The position numbers and the translations under genes were made by a program. Of a DNA stretch of 63,201 bases, positions 19,647 through 30,079 are shown piece by piece. The DNA comes from Candidatus Zhuqueibacterota bacterium. Its GTDB lineage: Bacteria > BS750m-G25. The notes under the pieces are model-generated. The model made no database searches. It was not told the origin of the DNA and saw only the letters and a program-made list of their open reading frames with translations. The number at the start of each line of letters is the position of its first letter. Position 1 is the stretch's first letter. The stretch lies in assembly GCA_016783505.1 (NCBI GenBank), contig JADHWK010000009.1:1-63201 (forward strand). Direction: 5' to 3'.

Positions 19647-21320
19647 ATGAAGAAATTTTGGATCGTTTTTTGCCTAGGGCTGATCTTGGTGGGATTGTTT
19701 ATCGGCTGTGCCAGGAAGGAAAAACTCGCCAAAGCCGACCCCGCTCACATCCAGAACCAACTGAATAAACTGGCCCCCGTGAACATTGGAGCCGACCTTT
19801 CGGGAATGAGCGGTTCTGCGAGAAAGACCATTGATAAGCTGGTGGAAGCCGCCCAAGTAATGGATGAACTCTTCCTCAGGCAGGTTTACAGCGAGAACCT
19901 GAACATCAGAGAAACATTAAGAGCCTCCAAAGACCCCAGCAATTCGCTCTACCTGGAGTACTTCACCATTATGTTCGGACCCTTTGACCGGTTGGACGAG
20001 GATAAACCCTTCATTGGTACCACACCCGAGCCGGCTGGAGCCAATTATTACCCCGAGGATATGACAAAGGAGGAATTTGAAAGCTGGGTCGCCGACCACC
20101 CCGGGGATAAAGAGGCCTTTGAAGGTAACTTCACCCTCATCCGCCGGAAGGACGATTCCTTGCTGGTGGCCATCCCCTATTCAGAGGCCTATAAGGAATT
20201 GTTGGAACCAGCGTCAAAATTGCTAGAGGAGGCAGCTCTGATCACCGAAAATGTATCGCTGATGCGCTACCTCACCTCACGGGCCACCGCCTTCCGCACC
20301 AATGACTACTTTCAGTCGGACATTGACTGGATGGACCTGGAGGGACTCATTGAGGTGGTCATCGGGCCCTACGAGGTCTATGAGGATAACCTCTTTGGGT
20401 ATAAGGCCGCCTTCGAGGCCTTCGTCTGTGTGGTGGACCAGGCTGAGAGTGAAAAATTAAGCGAACTGGCCCAATACTTGAACGATATGGAGGCCAATCT
20501 CCCTATTCCGGCTAAACATAAAAACCTGGACCGGGGAACGGAATCCCCCATCAAGGTGGTCAATGAAGTTTTCACCGCTGGGGATACCAAGGCCGGGGTC
20601 CAGACCACCGCCTTCGTCCTCCCTAACGACGAGCGGGTGCGGGAGATCAAGGGATCCAAAAAGGTCATGCTAAAGAACGTGATGAATGCTAAGTTTGAAA
20701 AATGCTGGGTTCCCATTGTCAATACGGTTATGGACTCCTCTCAGCTTCCCTACGTAAGCTTCGACGCTTACTTCACCCACACGCTGATGCACGAGATCTC
20801 CCACAGCCTGGGGCCAGGCAACATCACCCTGAAGGACGGGAGCCAAACCACCGTGAACAAGGCCTTAAAAGAGCTCTATTCTACCATTGAGGAGGCCAAA
20901 GCAGACATCCTGGGGGTGTATAACACCCAATTCATGATTGATAAGGGGGTCTTTCCCCAGGAACTGGAAAAGCAAATTTATTGTTCCTATCTAGGGGGAA
21001 CGTTCCGTTCGGTGCGCTTCGGCATTCAGGAGGCCCACGGCCGGGGGATGATGCTCCAGTACAATTACCTGACCGAAAAAGGCGCCTATTCCTACGATGA
21101 TTCGACGAAACGCTTCCGGGTTAACTTGGATAAGGTGAAGGATGCGGTGAAGGAGCTGGCCCACGATCTTCTAATGATCGAGGCGGAGGGAAATTATGAT
21201 GGGGCCAGCGAGATGATTGAAAAGTACGGCGTGATGACCGCGGTCATGCAGGGGGCTCTCGACCGCCTGTCCCACGTTCCCGTGGACATTCGACCAATTT
21301 ACACGATTGAACAAAAGTAA
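19647..21320 (+). CDS. Dipeptidyl-peptidase III family (M49) lipoprotein
   Basis: Lipobox FIGC; IGPYEVYED, LPNDER, HEISH, EEAKAD. Confidence 0.88.
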   Translation: MKKFWIVFCLGLILVGLFIGCARKEKLAKADPAHIQNQLNKLAPVNIGADLSGMSGSARKTIDKLVEAAQVMDELFLRQVYSENLNIRETLRASKDPSNSLYLEYFTIMFGPFDRLDEDKPFIGTTPEPAGANYYPEDMTKEEFESWVADHPGDKEAFEGNFTLIRRKDDSLLVAIPYSEAYKELLEPASKLLEEAALITENVSLMRYLTSRATAFRTNDYFQSDIDWMDLEGLIEVVIGPYEVYEDNLFGYKAAFEAFVCVVDQAESEKLSELAQYLNDMEANLPIPAKHKNLDRGTESPIKVVNEVFTAGDTKAGVQTTAFVLPNDERVREIKGSKKVMLKNVMNAKFEKCWVPIVNTVMDSSQLPYVSFDAYFTHTLMHEISHSLGPGNITLKDGSQTTVNKALKELYSTIEEAKADILGVYNTQFMIDKGVFPQELEKQIYCSYLGGTFRSVRFGIQEAHGRGMMLQYNYLTEKGAYSYDDSTKRFRVNLDKVKDAVKELAHDLLMIEAEGNYDGASEMIEKYGVMTAVMQGALDRLSHVPVDIRPIYTIEQK

Positions 21321-21353
21321 AAACAGATTATTTCAAAGCCGCAATTTACAAAG

Positions 21354-21381
21354 AAGGCCGGGATTTTTTCCCGGCCTTTTT
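21354..21381 (+). terminator. Rho-independent terminator
   Basis: AAGGCCGGGA / TCCCGGCCTT followed by T-run. Confidence 0.8.
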
Positions 21382-21426
21382 ATTAAACTAAGATTAAGGG
21401 AAAATGATTTGCTTTACTTCTGTCTT

Positions 21427-22635
21427 TTAATAACTGTTGGGTGAATGCCTAATTATCCTCTCCCGTATTGGCCAATTAGGGTACAATCTTAACATTTGCA
21501 AACCACTCTTCCCGTCGCGTTTCTCGATTTGATTATTTTTAAAATTCGGTACTAACTGTGGGGATGGCCAATTATCTGGAGATAGTGGATAATTTGCCCA
21601 CGGATTATGCCAAAGAATAGGAGTAACTTTGGCAATTCTCCATGGAAATAAATTAACAGCTATAAGTGCTGCGCTAACTCGCCGATTTTTTGGGCCATTT
21701 GGGCCGTACCAAGCGCCATTTGGCTTTCGCCCAAGTTGCTGATCTATCAAATTATTTTCACGAAAAATGATCTTGACTTGCTCCTTCCCAAATAATGCTT
21801 TATTAATATCGATATCATCAGTTCCAAAATCATTAATAACATTTATAGCAACTACATAGGGCAAATTAAGATTACCATATTTAGTGGCTTTATTTTTAAT
21901 TGATTCACGAAGTCCAATATAAGGAGCATCCAGATATGGTCCTTGCGTTAGCATTCCAATCGGAAGTACACCTGGTTTGCCCCTAGCAGAGGCTAATTTA
22001 GGAATAGGGTGAAAAGTAATTTGCCAACTATCATGCTTCCAGGTCCATGAAGGTATTGCTTTAAAACCATCAACTTTGAATCGCTTAGCTATTTCATCCG
22101 GATCTAACTTAGCTAATTTGGCCTCAAGAAAGCGTCGTATTTTATTGCCTGGGGGAGGAGTAGCTGGTGTACCACGAACTCTAATTCCAATAAAAAAATT
22201 CGGTGAATCCATTTTATTGATAACATCATAAACTCTGTTCTCCCTGGCTGTTGCTGATTTCTTTGTTTCAGATGAAGATGACAAAGTTGCCTCTAAATAA
22301 AACTGTGGTTTTCCACCCTTTAGAACACTAAAATCTGGATGAGTTTTTTGATCCTCTATATTAGGATGTACCTTTACACAAAAGCCAGATTGAGAGAGCA
22401 ATTCATAAAGATAAAGTTCAAAGAATGCACTGAGATGTTGCCGGTCATCTTTAGATCGAAGACGCGATCGTAATTCTGATTGAGCCTCGAAAGGAAAAAG
22501 TTCAAACCATTGTTCTAAAAGGTTACGAATCTTTTCGTATTCCAGCCGAGCAGATTGATTCAAATAATCAAAACGCGGCTCTGTGTAATTCGTTGGCCTG
22601 ATTTCATTTCGGGCTATATCATCAAACAGTTTCAT
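21427..22635 (-). CDS. AT-rich hypothetical protein, possible PD-(D/E)xK-like fold
   Basis: 402-aa ORF; FELY...HPDF...YLEAT motif; lower GC than neighbours. Confidence 0.7.
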   Translation of the reverse strand: MKLFDDIARNEIRPTNYTEPRFDYLNQSARLEYEKIRNLLEQWFELFPFEAQSELRSRLRSKDDRQHLSAFFELYLYELLSQSGFCVKVHPNIEDQKTHPDFSVLKGGKPQFYLEATLSSSSETKKSATARENRVYDVINKMDSPNFFIGIRVRGTPATPPPGNKIRRFLEAKLAKLDPDEIAKRFKVDGFKAIPSWTWKHDSWQITFHPIPKLASARGKPGVLPIGMLTQGPYLDAPYIGLRESIKNKATKYGNLNLPYVVAINVINDFGTDDIDINKALFGKEQVKIIFRENNLIDQQLGRKPNGAWYGPNGPKNRRVSAALIAVNLFPWRIAKVTPILWHNPWANYPLSPDNWPSPQLVPNFKNNQIEKRDGKSGLQMLRLYPNWPIRERIIRHSPNSY

Positions 22636-23027
22636 TGTCTCGACTCTAAAATCGTCGTCATGAGCACCATATTTATAGGCTTGTGTACAAACAATTAGAT
22701 TTACGAACCCAGGTTCGCTTTTGGATTTGTACTAATTAGGGAAAAATTGGGAATTTTCTCAATTATCAAAAGTCAATAATCACCTTCTTAAAGCAATTTT
22801 TTAATTCTTCAAAAGTAACATTAATATAAATTCTTTTGGGCAAATTGTCAAGGGAAAAATGCGGAATTTATAAAGCCTTGAAAAAAATTCCCAGTGGCTC
22901 TTACAGTGCTAACTAAGCTATTATCTTTTTCGATAAAGGGGTGTTTTAGAGTGCATCCCGATAATTCGGGATGGTAGATAAACGTTAGTTGAGACGATCT
23001 AAATCAGTCGGTCGCCTGACCGATGAG

Positions 23028-23693
23028 TCAGTAGTCAGACTGGTCTGTTGTTGTTGCTGCCTTTATCTTAACGGCGAGGTCCTTACCTAAGATGTTTTGA
23101 ATTTTAATCAATAGCTCAGGATTTAGCTGCTTTAAACTCCTGAGCTTCTCCTGATTCCACGATATGTACTGTACCCGGCCGTTAGCTATAATATCAGCCG
23201 AGGCAGACTCACCAGTTACAAAGCTCATCTCAGCAATGAAGCTTCCTCTTGAAAGCTGTGCTATATTCTTTCCGTCTTTGACCACATTAACCGATCCAGA
23301 CAATATAAGCGAAAGTTCATGAAGATAGTCACCTTTACGGATTAACAAATTCTCGGATATTTCTTTTATACTTCCCATATTCCAGAAGAAAAGAAACTCT
23401 CTACGACTCATCGCCGAAAATATTTTTTCGTAAAGATCAGTCAGTCCTGAAGGTAGCTCGATCGGCCTTCGCTCTCTTATTAAACGAACCACCTGAATGG
23501 TGTTTATGAAGAAAAAGATTATGTTCCAAAAAGCTACCATGCGATTATTTACCAATAAGGCATAGACAACGAGACTTAAATGCCCGATTAACAAAATACT
23601 TCGAAGCCAAAGTATATCGCGAACAGCGAAAGCTATCAACATTAAGAAATATCCAAGGTTTAAGAGTATCTTATCCATATGATACCACTCCAC
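23028..23693 (-). CDS. Membrane protein with cyclic-nucleotide-binding (Popeye-like) domain
   Basis: Three N-terminal TM helices (RDILWLR, WNIIF..IN..Q) then cNMP-binding domain (LILSGSV, GSFIAEMSF). Confidence 0.78.
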   Translation of the reverse strand: MEWYHMDKILLNLGYFLMLIAFAVRDILWLRSILLIGHLSLVVYALLVNNRMVAFWNIIFFFINTIQVVRLIRERRPIELPSGLTDLYEKIFSAMSRREFLFFWNMGSIKEISENLLIRKGDYLHELSLILSGSVNVVKDGKNIAQLSRGSFIAEMSFVTGESASADIIANGRVQYISWNQEKLRSLKQLNPELLIKIQNILGKDLAVKIKAATTTDQSDY

Positions 23694-23904
23694 TCCCTTA
23701 TAAAAACTGCTCCTTTTTAACCATCAAGTAGTTCACATAACAGAAATGCCCATTGGGTTATTATTGGTTTTAAGCGTTCAATACTTCGGCAGTCTAATCC
23801 CCTTTTAATTACTTGATAAGTTCAGTTTATTCTCACAAGCCAATTTCGCATGACTTCCCTTATAGTTTTCTTCTTCGATTTCAATGTCAAGTTTCATGTT
23901 AAAG

Positions 23905-24591
23905 CTAAGGGTTTATGTCGTAAAAAACCTTTTCCGCCTTTTGCCGGAGAAGGGATATAGCCCCGGGAATATCCTTGGTACCGAAGACGGCTGTACCGGC
24001 CACCAGGACCTCGGCCCCGGCCCGGGCGACACGCCCAATGGTATTAGCGTCAATTCCACCGTCCACTTCGATCAAAAAATCCAGGTTTTGTTCACTCTTT
24101 AGCTGGGCTGCCCGTTCGATCTTGGGCAGCACATCGGCGATAAAGCCCTGCCCCCCGAAACCCGGATGAACGGTCATCAGCAGCACCAGGTCAAAATGGG
24201 AAAGATGGGGAATTACCCCTTCCAAACTCGTTTCCGGATTGATGGCCACCCCGGCCCTCTTTCCCAATTTCTTGATCTGAGCCGCTATGGAAGGAAGGGA
24301 AGGACATACTTCGGCGTGGATGGTGATCAGGTCAGCCCCGGCCCGGGCGAAGGCCTCCAGAAATTCCCGGGGGCTTTCGATCATCAGATGGGCCGTCAGA
24401 GGAAGGGCGGTTAGTTTGCGCACCGCCTCCACCACTAAGGAACCGAAGCTAATATTGGGAACAAAATGACCATCCATCACGTCCAGATGAAGCCCATCAG
24501 CCCCCCCCACTACGCATCGGGCGACCTGGTCGGACAGGTTGCGAAAATCGGCAGAGAGCAGAGAGGGATAGATTTTAATTCTTTTTTTCAT
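23905..24591 (-). CDS. rpe: Ribulose-phosphate 3-epimerase
   Basis: PSLLSADF, HLDVMDGHFVPN, MTVHPGFGGQ, EVDGG. Confidence 0.96.
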   Translation of the reverse strand: MKKRIKIYPSLLSADFRNLSDQVARCVVGGADGLHLDVMDGHFVPNISFGSLVVEAVRKLTALPLTAHLMIESPREFLEAFARAGADLITIHAEVCPSLPSIAAQIKKLGKRAGVAINPETSLEGVIPHLSHFDLVLLMTVHPGFGGQGFIADVLPKIERAAQLKSEQNLDFLIEVDGGIDANTIGRVARAGAEVLVAGTAVFGTKDIPGAISLLRQKAEKVFYDINP

Positions 24592-25353
24592 TTAGGGTTG
24601 TTTTTCTTTCACTACTTTAGACCTATCAGCAGTACTCACCACCAGGTCCACCGGTGACCCCTGGGGCACTTCTTCCTGGGGACGAATAGATTGGGAAAGA
24701 ACGATCCCGGGCAGAAGCTGCTGACGTAGCTCATAGGTGACGGATCCCACCGAAAGCCCCGCCTTTAGCAAGGTCTCCCGGGCACTGGCAAGGCTTTTTC
24801 CCATCACCCGGGGGACGACAAATTTGCTGGGTTGGTTCCCCAAGGAAACGGTAATCCAGACCCCGGTCGCCTTTTTGAGTATGAAATCTGGGGAAAAGGA
24901 CTGGGCTGCAACTACACCCGAAGGATGGTAGGAGGAATATTCGTAAGCAACGGAATCCAAGGCCAAACCCGTTCTTTCCAGGAGAAACCGGGCATCACGG
25001 TAAGAAATCCCTACCAGATCGGGCATTAACACCTGTTTTTCCCCGCTGGAAACGGTGACATATATCCTGCGTCCCCGTTTGGTAACCGAAAAAGGAGCAG
25101 GATTCTGGTCTAAAATAACCCCTTCGGGATAGTCAGAATCATATTTCTCCTTATCCTTAACGATCATAAACCCGCCGATCCGGACCACCTCCTGGGCCTC
25201 TTCGAAGGTAAACTCGGTCAGATCCGGAATCTCGTATTCCTCCCCGTGCCTGGTGTACCAGGGCATGAGGATTTGATCAAAGACCAGCATCCCTGCTAAT
25301 CCAATTCCAGCAAAAACCAACAAAAATAGACCGTATCCTGCAGCCGGTTTCAT
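24592..25353 (-). CDS. PASTA domain-containing protein
   Basis: N-terminal TM and three PASTA repeats; between rsmB and rpe. Confidence 0.85.
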   Translation of the reverse strand: MKPAAGYGLFLLVFAGIGLAGMLVFDQILMPWYTRHGEEYEIPDLTEFTFEEAQEVVRIGGFMIVKDKEKYDSDYPEGVILDQNPAPFSVTKRGRRIYVTVSSGEKQVLMPDLVGISYRDARFLLERTGLALDSVAYEYSSYHPSGVVAAQSFSPDFILKKATGVWITVSLGNQPSKFVVPRVMGKSLASARETLLKAGLSVGSVTYELRQQLLPGIVLSQSIRPQEEVPQGSPVDLVVSTADRSKVVKEKQP

Positions 25354-25405
25354 TCCTCAAGCTCGTTTAACCTAAATCCAAAAATTAAACACTGAAAAAC
25401 ACTGA

Positions 25406-25498
25406 ATTGTTGATTGTTAATTGCTAATTGTTAAAACCTAGGCTCCAGCATCAATCAGCAATCAGCAATTAGCAATCATTTCAGTGTCATTCGGTGTT
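25406..25498. repeat. ~90-bp heptad-based dispersed repeat, copy 2
   Basis: Reverse complement of 18384-18470. Confidence 0.8.
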
Positions 25499-25511
25499 GG
25501 GTATGAATTAG

Positions 25512-26852
25512 CTATTTTATCTTTCTCATCCGGGCGCAGAAGGAACCGTCCATCCGGTGGCGATGGGGAAAAGTCTCCACCCAGCCCGGCTTCGAAATTA
25601 GTGAAGGATCAATTAGGGAGGACGCATTCTCGAGATGAAACTCTTTTTTCTGATCCAGAAAGCTTCGGACGACTCCGCTGTTTTCCTCCTCCTCTATACT
25701 ACAGGTGCTGTAGACAAGGATCCCCCTTTTTTTCAAAAATCCAGCCGCCCTATTTAGCAGGGAAAGTTGAAGCCTGGTGATGTTTTCAATATCGGCTTCC
25801 GTCCTTCGCCACCGCAGGTCAACTCTCTTGGCCAACACCCCGGTGTCCGAACAGGGGGCATCTACCAGAATCCGGTCAAACGGGCGCCTGAATGATAACG
25901 CCAAACCGTCCCCATTGACCAGCCGAACGCTGCCGATCCCCAGCCGTCGGTAGTTCTCCTGTACCTTTAACAGCCGTCCCCAACCGGGGTCGTTGGCGGC
26001 CAAAACGCCCTTATCCCCCATCAGCTCGGCTATATGGGTGGTCTTTCCCCCGGGGGCAGCGCAGTAATCCAAAATCATTTCCCCTGGTCGGGGGTCCAGC
26101 AGACAGCCCACCAAGCCGGCGCTCTCGTCCTGCACAGTGCATAACCCCTGCTGGAAAGGGGGCCATTCATTGGGGACAATCCCCCCCTCCAGCCGCACAA
26201 ACGCTTTCAAGAAGGGCGACCGTTGGTAGGATACCCCCTCCTCATCCAACCGGCGACAGAATTCTTCCGGGGATATCTTCAGCCGATTCACCCGTAGGGT
26301 AAGCCTGGGTCTGGAATTGTTCGCCCGACACAGAGCGACGGTCTCGTTTACCCCGAACCTCCGTAGCCAGCGCTTTACCAACCACCGGGGATGGGAGTGT
26401 TCCACGGCGATTCCCTCCAAAGGGGATCGGTCTGGATCGGGATAAGTCAGACAGTCCTTCTGCCTGATGAGGTTTCGCAGCACCCCGTTTACCACATCCC
26501 CAGCCCCTTTACCACCTACCCTTCTGGCCAGCCTTACCGCCTCGTTCACCGCCGCCCACTCGGGGATGCGGTTCAGAAACAGGATCTGGTAGGCCCCCAC
26601 CCTGAGGATGCATTTAAGGGGTAAAGATGTCCTCTGGTATTTCCCCCCGCAGGTCTGGTCAAGCACCCAGTCAATCCGCCCCTGCCAGCGCAGGGTTCCG
26701 TTTACCAGCTCCAGGGTCAAGGCCTTGTCAACCGGGGAAAGGGCGGTTCGCTTCAGGTATTTGTGGACCAGATCATCGGCGAATGCTCCTTTTTTTTCCA
26801 CCCATTCCAATACCGAGACCGCCAACGACCTGGGGCCTGCTTTCCCGATCAT
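25512..26852 (-). CDS. rsmB: 16S rRNA (cytosine967-C5)-methyltransferase
   Basis: NusB-like N-terminus; CAAPGGKT, DAPCS, YSTCS. Confidence 0.93.
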   Translation of the reverse strand: MIGKAGPRSLAVSVLEWVEKKGAFADDLVHKYLKRTALSPVDKALTLELVNGTLRWQGRIDWVLDQTCGGKYQRTSLPLKCILRVGAYQILFLNRIPEWAAVNEAVRLARRVGGKGAGDVVNGVLRNLIRQKDCLTYPDPDRSPLEGIAVEHSHPRWLVKRWLRRFGVNETVALCRANNSRPRLTLRVNRLKISPEEFCRRLDEEGVSYQRSPFLKAFVRLEGGIVPNEWPPFQQGLCTVQDESAGLVGCLLDPRPGEMILDYCAAPGGKTTHIAELMGDKGVLAANDPGWGRLLKVQENYRRLGIGSVRLVNGDGLALSFRRPFDRILVDAPCSDTGVLAKRVDLRWRRTEADIENITRLQLSLLNRAAGFLKKRGILVYSTCSIEEEENSGVVRSFLDQKKEFHLENASSLIDPSLISKPGWVETFPHRHRMDGSFCARMRKIK

Positions 26853-27053
26853 CAGTAGGTTATTATGGTGCTAAGAAGCTTGCAAATTGCCAAAATTGCC
26901 ATGAGAACAAATATTTGAGATTTTTTTTCAGTATGATTTCTTGGAAATTCTTTAAATTTATCTTTTAAAATAATTTTTGAAATTTTTTCAATCTTTGAAC
27001 TTTTTGAAATTTAGGCAATAACTAACCACTAAAATACAGAAAAAACCAATTTG

Positions 27054-27986
27054 TTATTCTAAAATCGTCCCCTCCTTTACCCGATAACCCGGCAGGAATG
27101 CGTCGATCGGCAGGCGTTTTTTCCCCTCCCGCTGCACCTCCTTAAGGGCAATGATACCCGATCCGGTTCTTACCAGAAGACCCTCCACCGGGTGGGCACG
27201 GACGATTTCGCCTGGTTTTCCCGGAAGATCAGGACTTCTCCCCACTCCGGTCTTAAAAATTTTTAACAGCTTTCCATCCAGATGGGTAAAAGCCCCCGGC
27301 TGGGGCGACAGTCCCCGGATGAAATTGTGAATCTCTCCCGCCCCTTTTGTCCAGTCAATCCGGCAATCGTCCTTAAAGATCTTGGGCGCTCGGCTAACCT
27401 GACTTTCATCCTGCGGCCGACCCTTAGCCTGTCCGGACTGAATAAGGTCAAGCGTTTTAACCAGCACCCCGGCCCCAACCTCAGCTAAACGATCGTGCAG
27501 GCTGCCGGTGTCGTCGGCCTCAAAAATGGGAACACCCTGCTGCAGGATGATATTGCCGGCATCCACCCCACCATGGATATACATGGTAGTCACCCCGGTG
27601 ATTTTCTCCCCATTGATGAGGGCCCAATGGATAGGGGCCGCCCCCCGGTATTTTGGCAATAAGGAAGGATGTAAGTTAACAACCCCTTTCGATGGGATGG
27701 CGAGGACCACCTGGGGCAAAATACGAAAGGCCACCACCAAAATCAGATCGGGATTAAGATCCCCGAGGGCTTTCAAAAATTGGGGGTCTTTCAGGTTGAC
27801 CGGTTGATAGACGGGCAGGGAATGCTGAAGCGCAAGTTTTTTCACCGGGCTAAAAGCCAGCCGCATACCACGCCCCTGCTTCTTATCGGGCCCCGTCACC
27901 ACCGCCCCAACTTCATGCCCCGTCTTAAGGAGCTTTTGCAGACTCACCACCGCAAACTCCGGGGTGCCCATAAAAACAATTCGCAT
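27054..27986 (-). CDS. fmt: Methionyl-tRNA formyltransferase
   Basis: FMGTPEFA, NLHPSLLPKYRGAAP. Confidence 0.96.
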   Translation of the reverse strand: MRIVFMGTPEFAVVSLQKLLKTGHEVGAVVTGPDKKQGRGMRLAFSPVKKLALQHSLPVYQPVNLKDPQFLKALGDLNPDLILVVAFRILPQVVLAIPSKGVVNLHPSLLPKYRGAAPIHWALINGEKITGVTTMYIHGGVDAGNIILQQGVPIFEADDTGSLHDRLAEVGAGVLVKTLDLIQSGQAKGRPQDESQVSRAPKIFKDDCRIDWTKGAGEIHNFIRGLSPQPGAFTHLDGKLLKIFKTGVGRSPDLPGKPGEIVRAHPVEGLLVRTGSGIIALKEVQREGKKRLPIDAFLPGYRVKEGTILE

Positions 27987-28180
27987 ATTTCCTTACCTAA
28001 ATAAATACAAAATTCAAACATTCCGCCGCAGGCGAATTCAAAACTTTATTCACTTTTACGGAATGGCTCTCACCTTTTTGCGAACGAAAGCGTGCCATCT
28101 TTTAAATCATATGGTTTCGGATTTTGTCCCGAATACTCGGGATCGGTCATTCCACTAAAATCCAGGAAGAACCGTTCCTT

Positions 28181-28519
28181 TTAACCTTTTTTCTTTTCTT
28201 CCCGCTGCTTGGGAATAATCACCCGGGTGATGGACCCCCGTTCGATCTCCAGCTTGTTGTTTTCACCCACCTTGACGAGCAGGGTGTTTTTCATCTCTTT
28301 GACACCCAGCACCGTCCCGTGGATGCCCCCCGAGGTGACCACGCGGTCCCCCTTTTTCAGGTTGGAAACCATTTGCCGGTGTTCCTTCTGTTTTCTGGCC
28401 TGGGGTCGGATCATCAGAAAATATATGATGACGATGATCAGCATGAACGGTAGCAGAGCGGTGAATCCCCCACCACCACCCCCCTGGGCCCCGGACATGG
28501 CTAAAATTCCTAATATCAT
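28181..28519 (-). CDS. yajC: Preprotein translocase subunit YajC
   Basis: YFLMIRPQ, LKKGDRVVTSGGIHG; GGAGGAGG RBS before ATG 28519. Confidence 0.93.
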   Translation of the reverse strand: MILGILAMSGAQGGGGGGFTALLPFMLIIVIIYFLMIRPQARKQKEHRQMVSNLKKGDRVVTSGGIHGTVLGVKEMKNTLLVKVGENNKLEIERGSITRVIIPKQREEKKKG

Positions 28520-28751
28520 ACCTCCTCCAGAAATATGCAATATTACCTCAATCTTTATTTTTTAAGATTGTAAGACTGTAGGACTTAAATGAAGTATTGG
28601 AATAATGGGGTGTTGGAGTATTGGAACATTGAAAAAAAATTTACACACTAATATTCAACAACATCATCACACTATCACTCCATAAATCCATCTATCCATT
28701 TATCCATTTATCCATTTGTCCATTTATCCATCATTCCACCCCTTCATTCTT

Positions 28752-29894
28752 CTATTCTTCCATCTTATTCTCTGTCGGAGCTTCAATCACCCCCTTTTTC
28801 CAATAAGAGAAATGGCCTTTGATAATCGCCTCTCTGGCCTCTTTCATCAGATGGATATAATAGGTGAGATTATGCAAAGTGGTCAGCCGGTATCCCAAAA
28901 TTTCGCCCGCCTGATGTAAATGCTTGAGGTAAGCACGGCTATATTGACGACAGGCATAACAGGGGCATTTCTCATCAATGGGGCGAAAGTCCTCTTTAAA
29001 ACGGGCATTTTTCAGATTGAGCTTTCCCCAGGGGGTAAATACGGTTCCGTTTCTTCCCAGCCGGGTGGGCAGAACACAGTCGAACATATCCACCCCCAGT
29101 GCAATAGCCTCCAATATGTCTTCAGGGGTACCCACCCCCATCAGGTAACGTGGCTTTTCGGGGGGTAAGTTTTCGTTAACAATCTCAACCATGGTCTTCA
29201 TTACCCCCTTTGGCTCTCCCACCGAGAGCCCCCCGATAGTGTAACCATCAAAATCCAATGAGACCAGACCCCGGGCACATTCTCTCCGCAGTTCAGGATG
29301 TGCACCCCCCTGGACGACCGAAAACAACAGTTGTAAATGTTCCCCCCCATCCCCTTTCTCCCTGAACGCCTTGAGGGATCGGTTAGCCCACTGCAAGGTT
29401 AGATCCACCGACTTTCGAACCCTTTCAGCATCAGAAGGATAGGGTAAACATTCGTCCAGAACTACCGCCACATCCGATCCCAGATCTCGCTGCGCCTGGA
29501 TGACGCTTTCCGGGGTAAAGCGACGCCGGGATCCATCAATATGGGAGGCAAAGGTAACCCCGTCGGGATCAATTTTCCGTAATACTTTAAGGCTAAAGAC
29601 CTGATAGCCCCCGGAATCCGTCAGGATGGGACCGGTCCAACCGATGAACTGGTGCAGCCCGCCCGCCTTCTTTATCGTCCCTTCGCCCGGCCGTAACACC
29701 AGGTGATAGGTATTGCCCAGGATCATCCCCGCCCCGATCTGGTGAAGCTCCTCGGATGTCAGGGTCTTAACAGTCCCCTGGGTGCCCACCGGCATAAAGA
29801 CAGGGGTTTCCACCGGCCCGTGACCGGTGTTTAACACCCCGGCCCGAGCACCGCTTTTGGGATCCTGTGATATTAGTTGAAACATCCTGCTCAA
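28752..29894 (-). CDS. tgt: Queuine tRNA-ribosyltransferase
   Basis: TPVFMPVGT, LTDSGGYQ, DMFDCVLPTR, CxCxxC. Confidence 0.96.
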   Translation of the reverse strand: MSRMFQLISQDPKSGARAGVLNTGHGPVETPVFMPVGTQGTVKTLTSEELHQIGAGMILGNTYHLVLRPGEGTIKKAGGLHQFIGWTGPILTDSGGYQVFSLKVLRKIDPDGVTFASHIDGSRRRFTPESVIQAQRDLGSDVAVVLDECLPYPSDAERVRKSVDLTLQWANRSLKAFREKGDGGEHLQLLFSVVQGGAHPELRRECARGLVSLDFDGYTIGGLSVGEPKGVMKTMVEIVNENLPPEKPRYLMGVGTPEDILEAIALGVDMFDCVLPTRLGRNGTVFTPWGKLNLKNARFKEDFRPIDEKCPCYACRQYSRAYLKHLHQAGEILGYRLTTLHNLTYYIHLMKEAREAIIKGHFSYWKKGVIEAPTENKMEE

Positions 29895-30079
29895 GACCAG
29901 TCAAGAAAAAAATATACTAATGTAACTTTAAGAAACTTTAAAGTAAATATTTTCAATTAGTTCAGGACAAGCTCAGCTTAATTGTCAACTATGCCCCTTA
30001 AATAAGCTTTTAGTTACCTTATTCATTCATCATTAATAATTCTTAATTCATAATTCACTTTAACTGCGACTTCGCCGCG

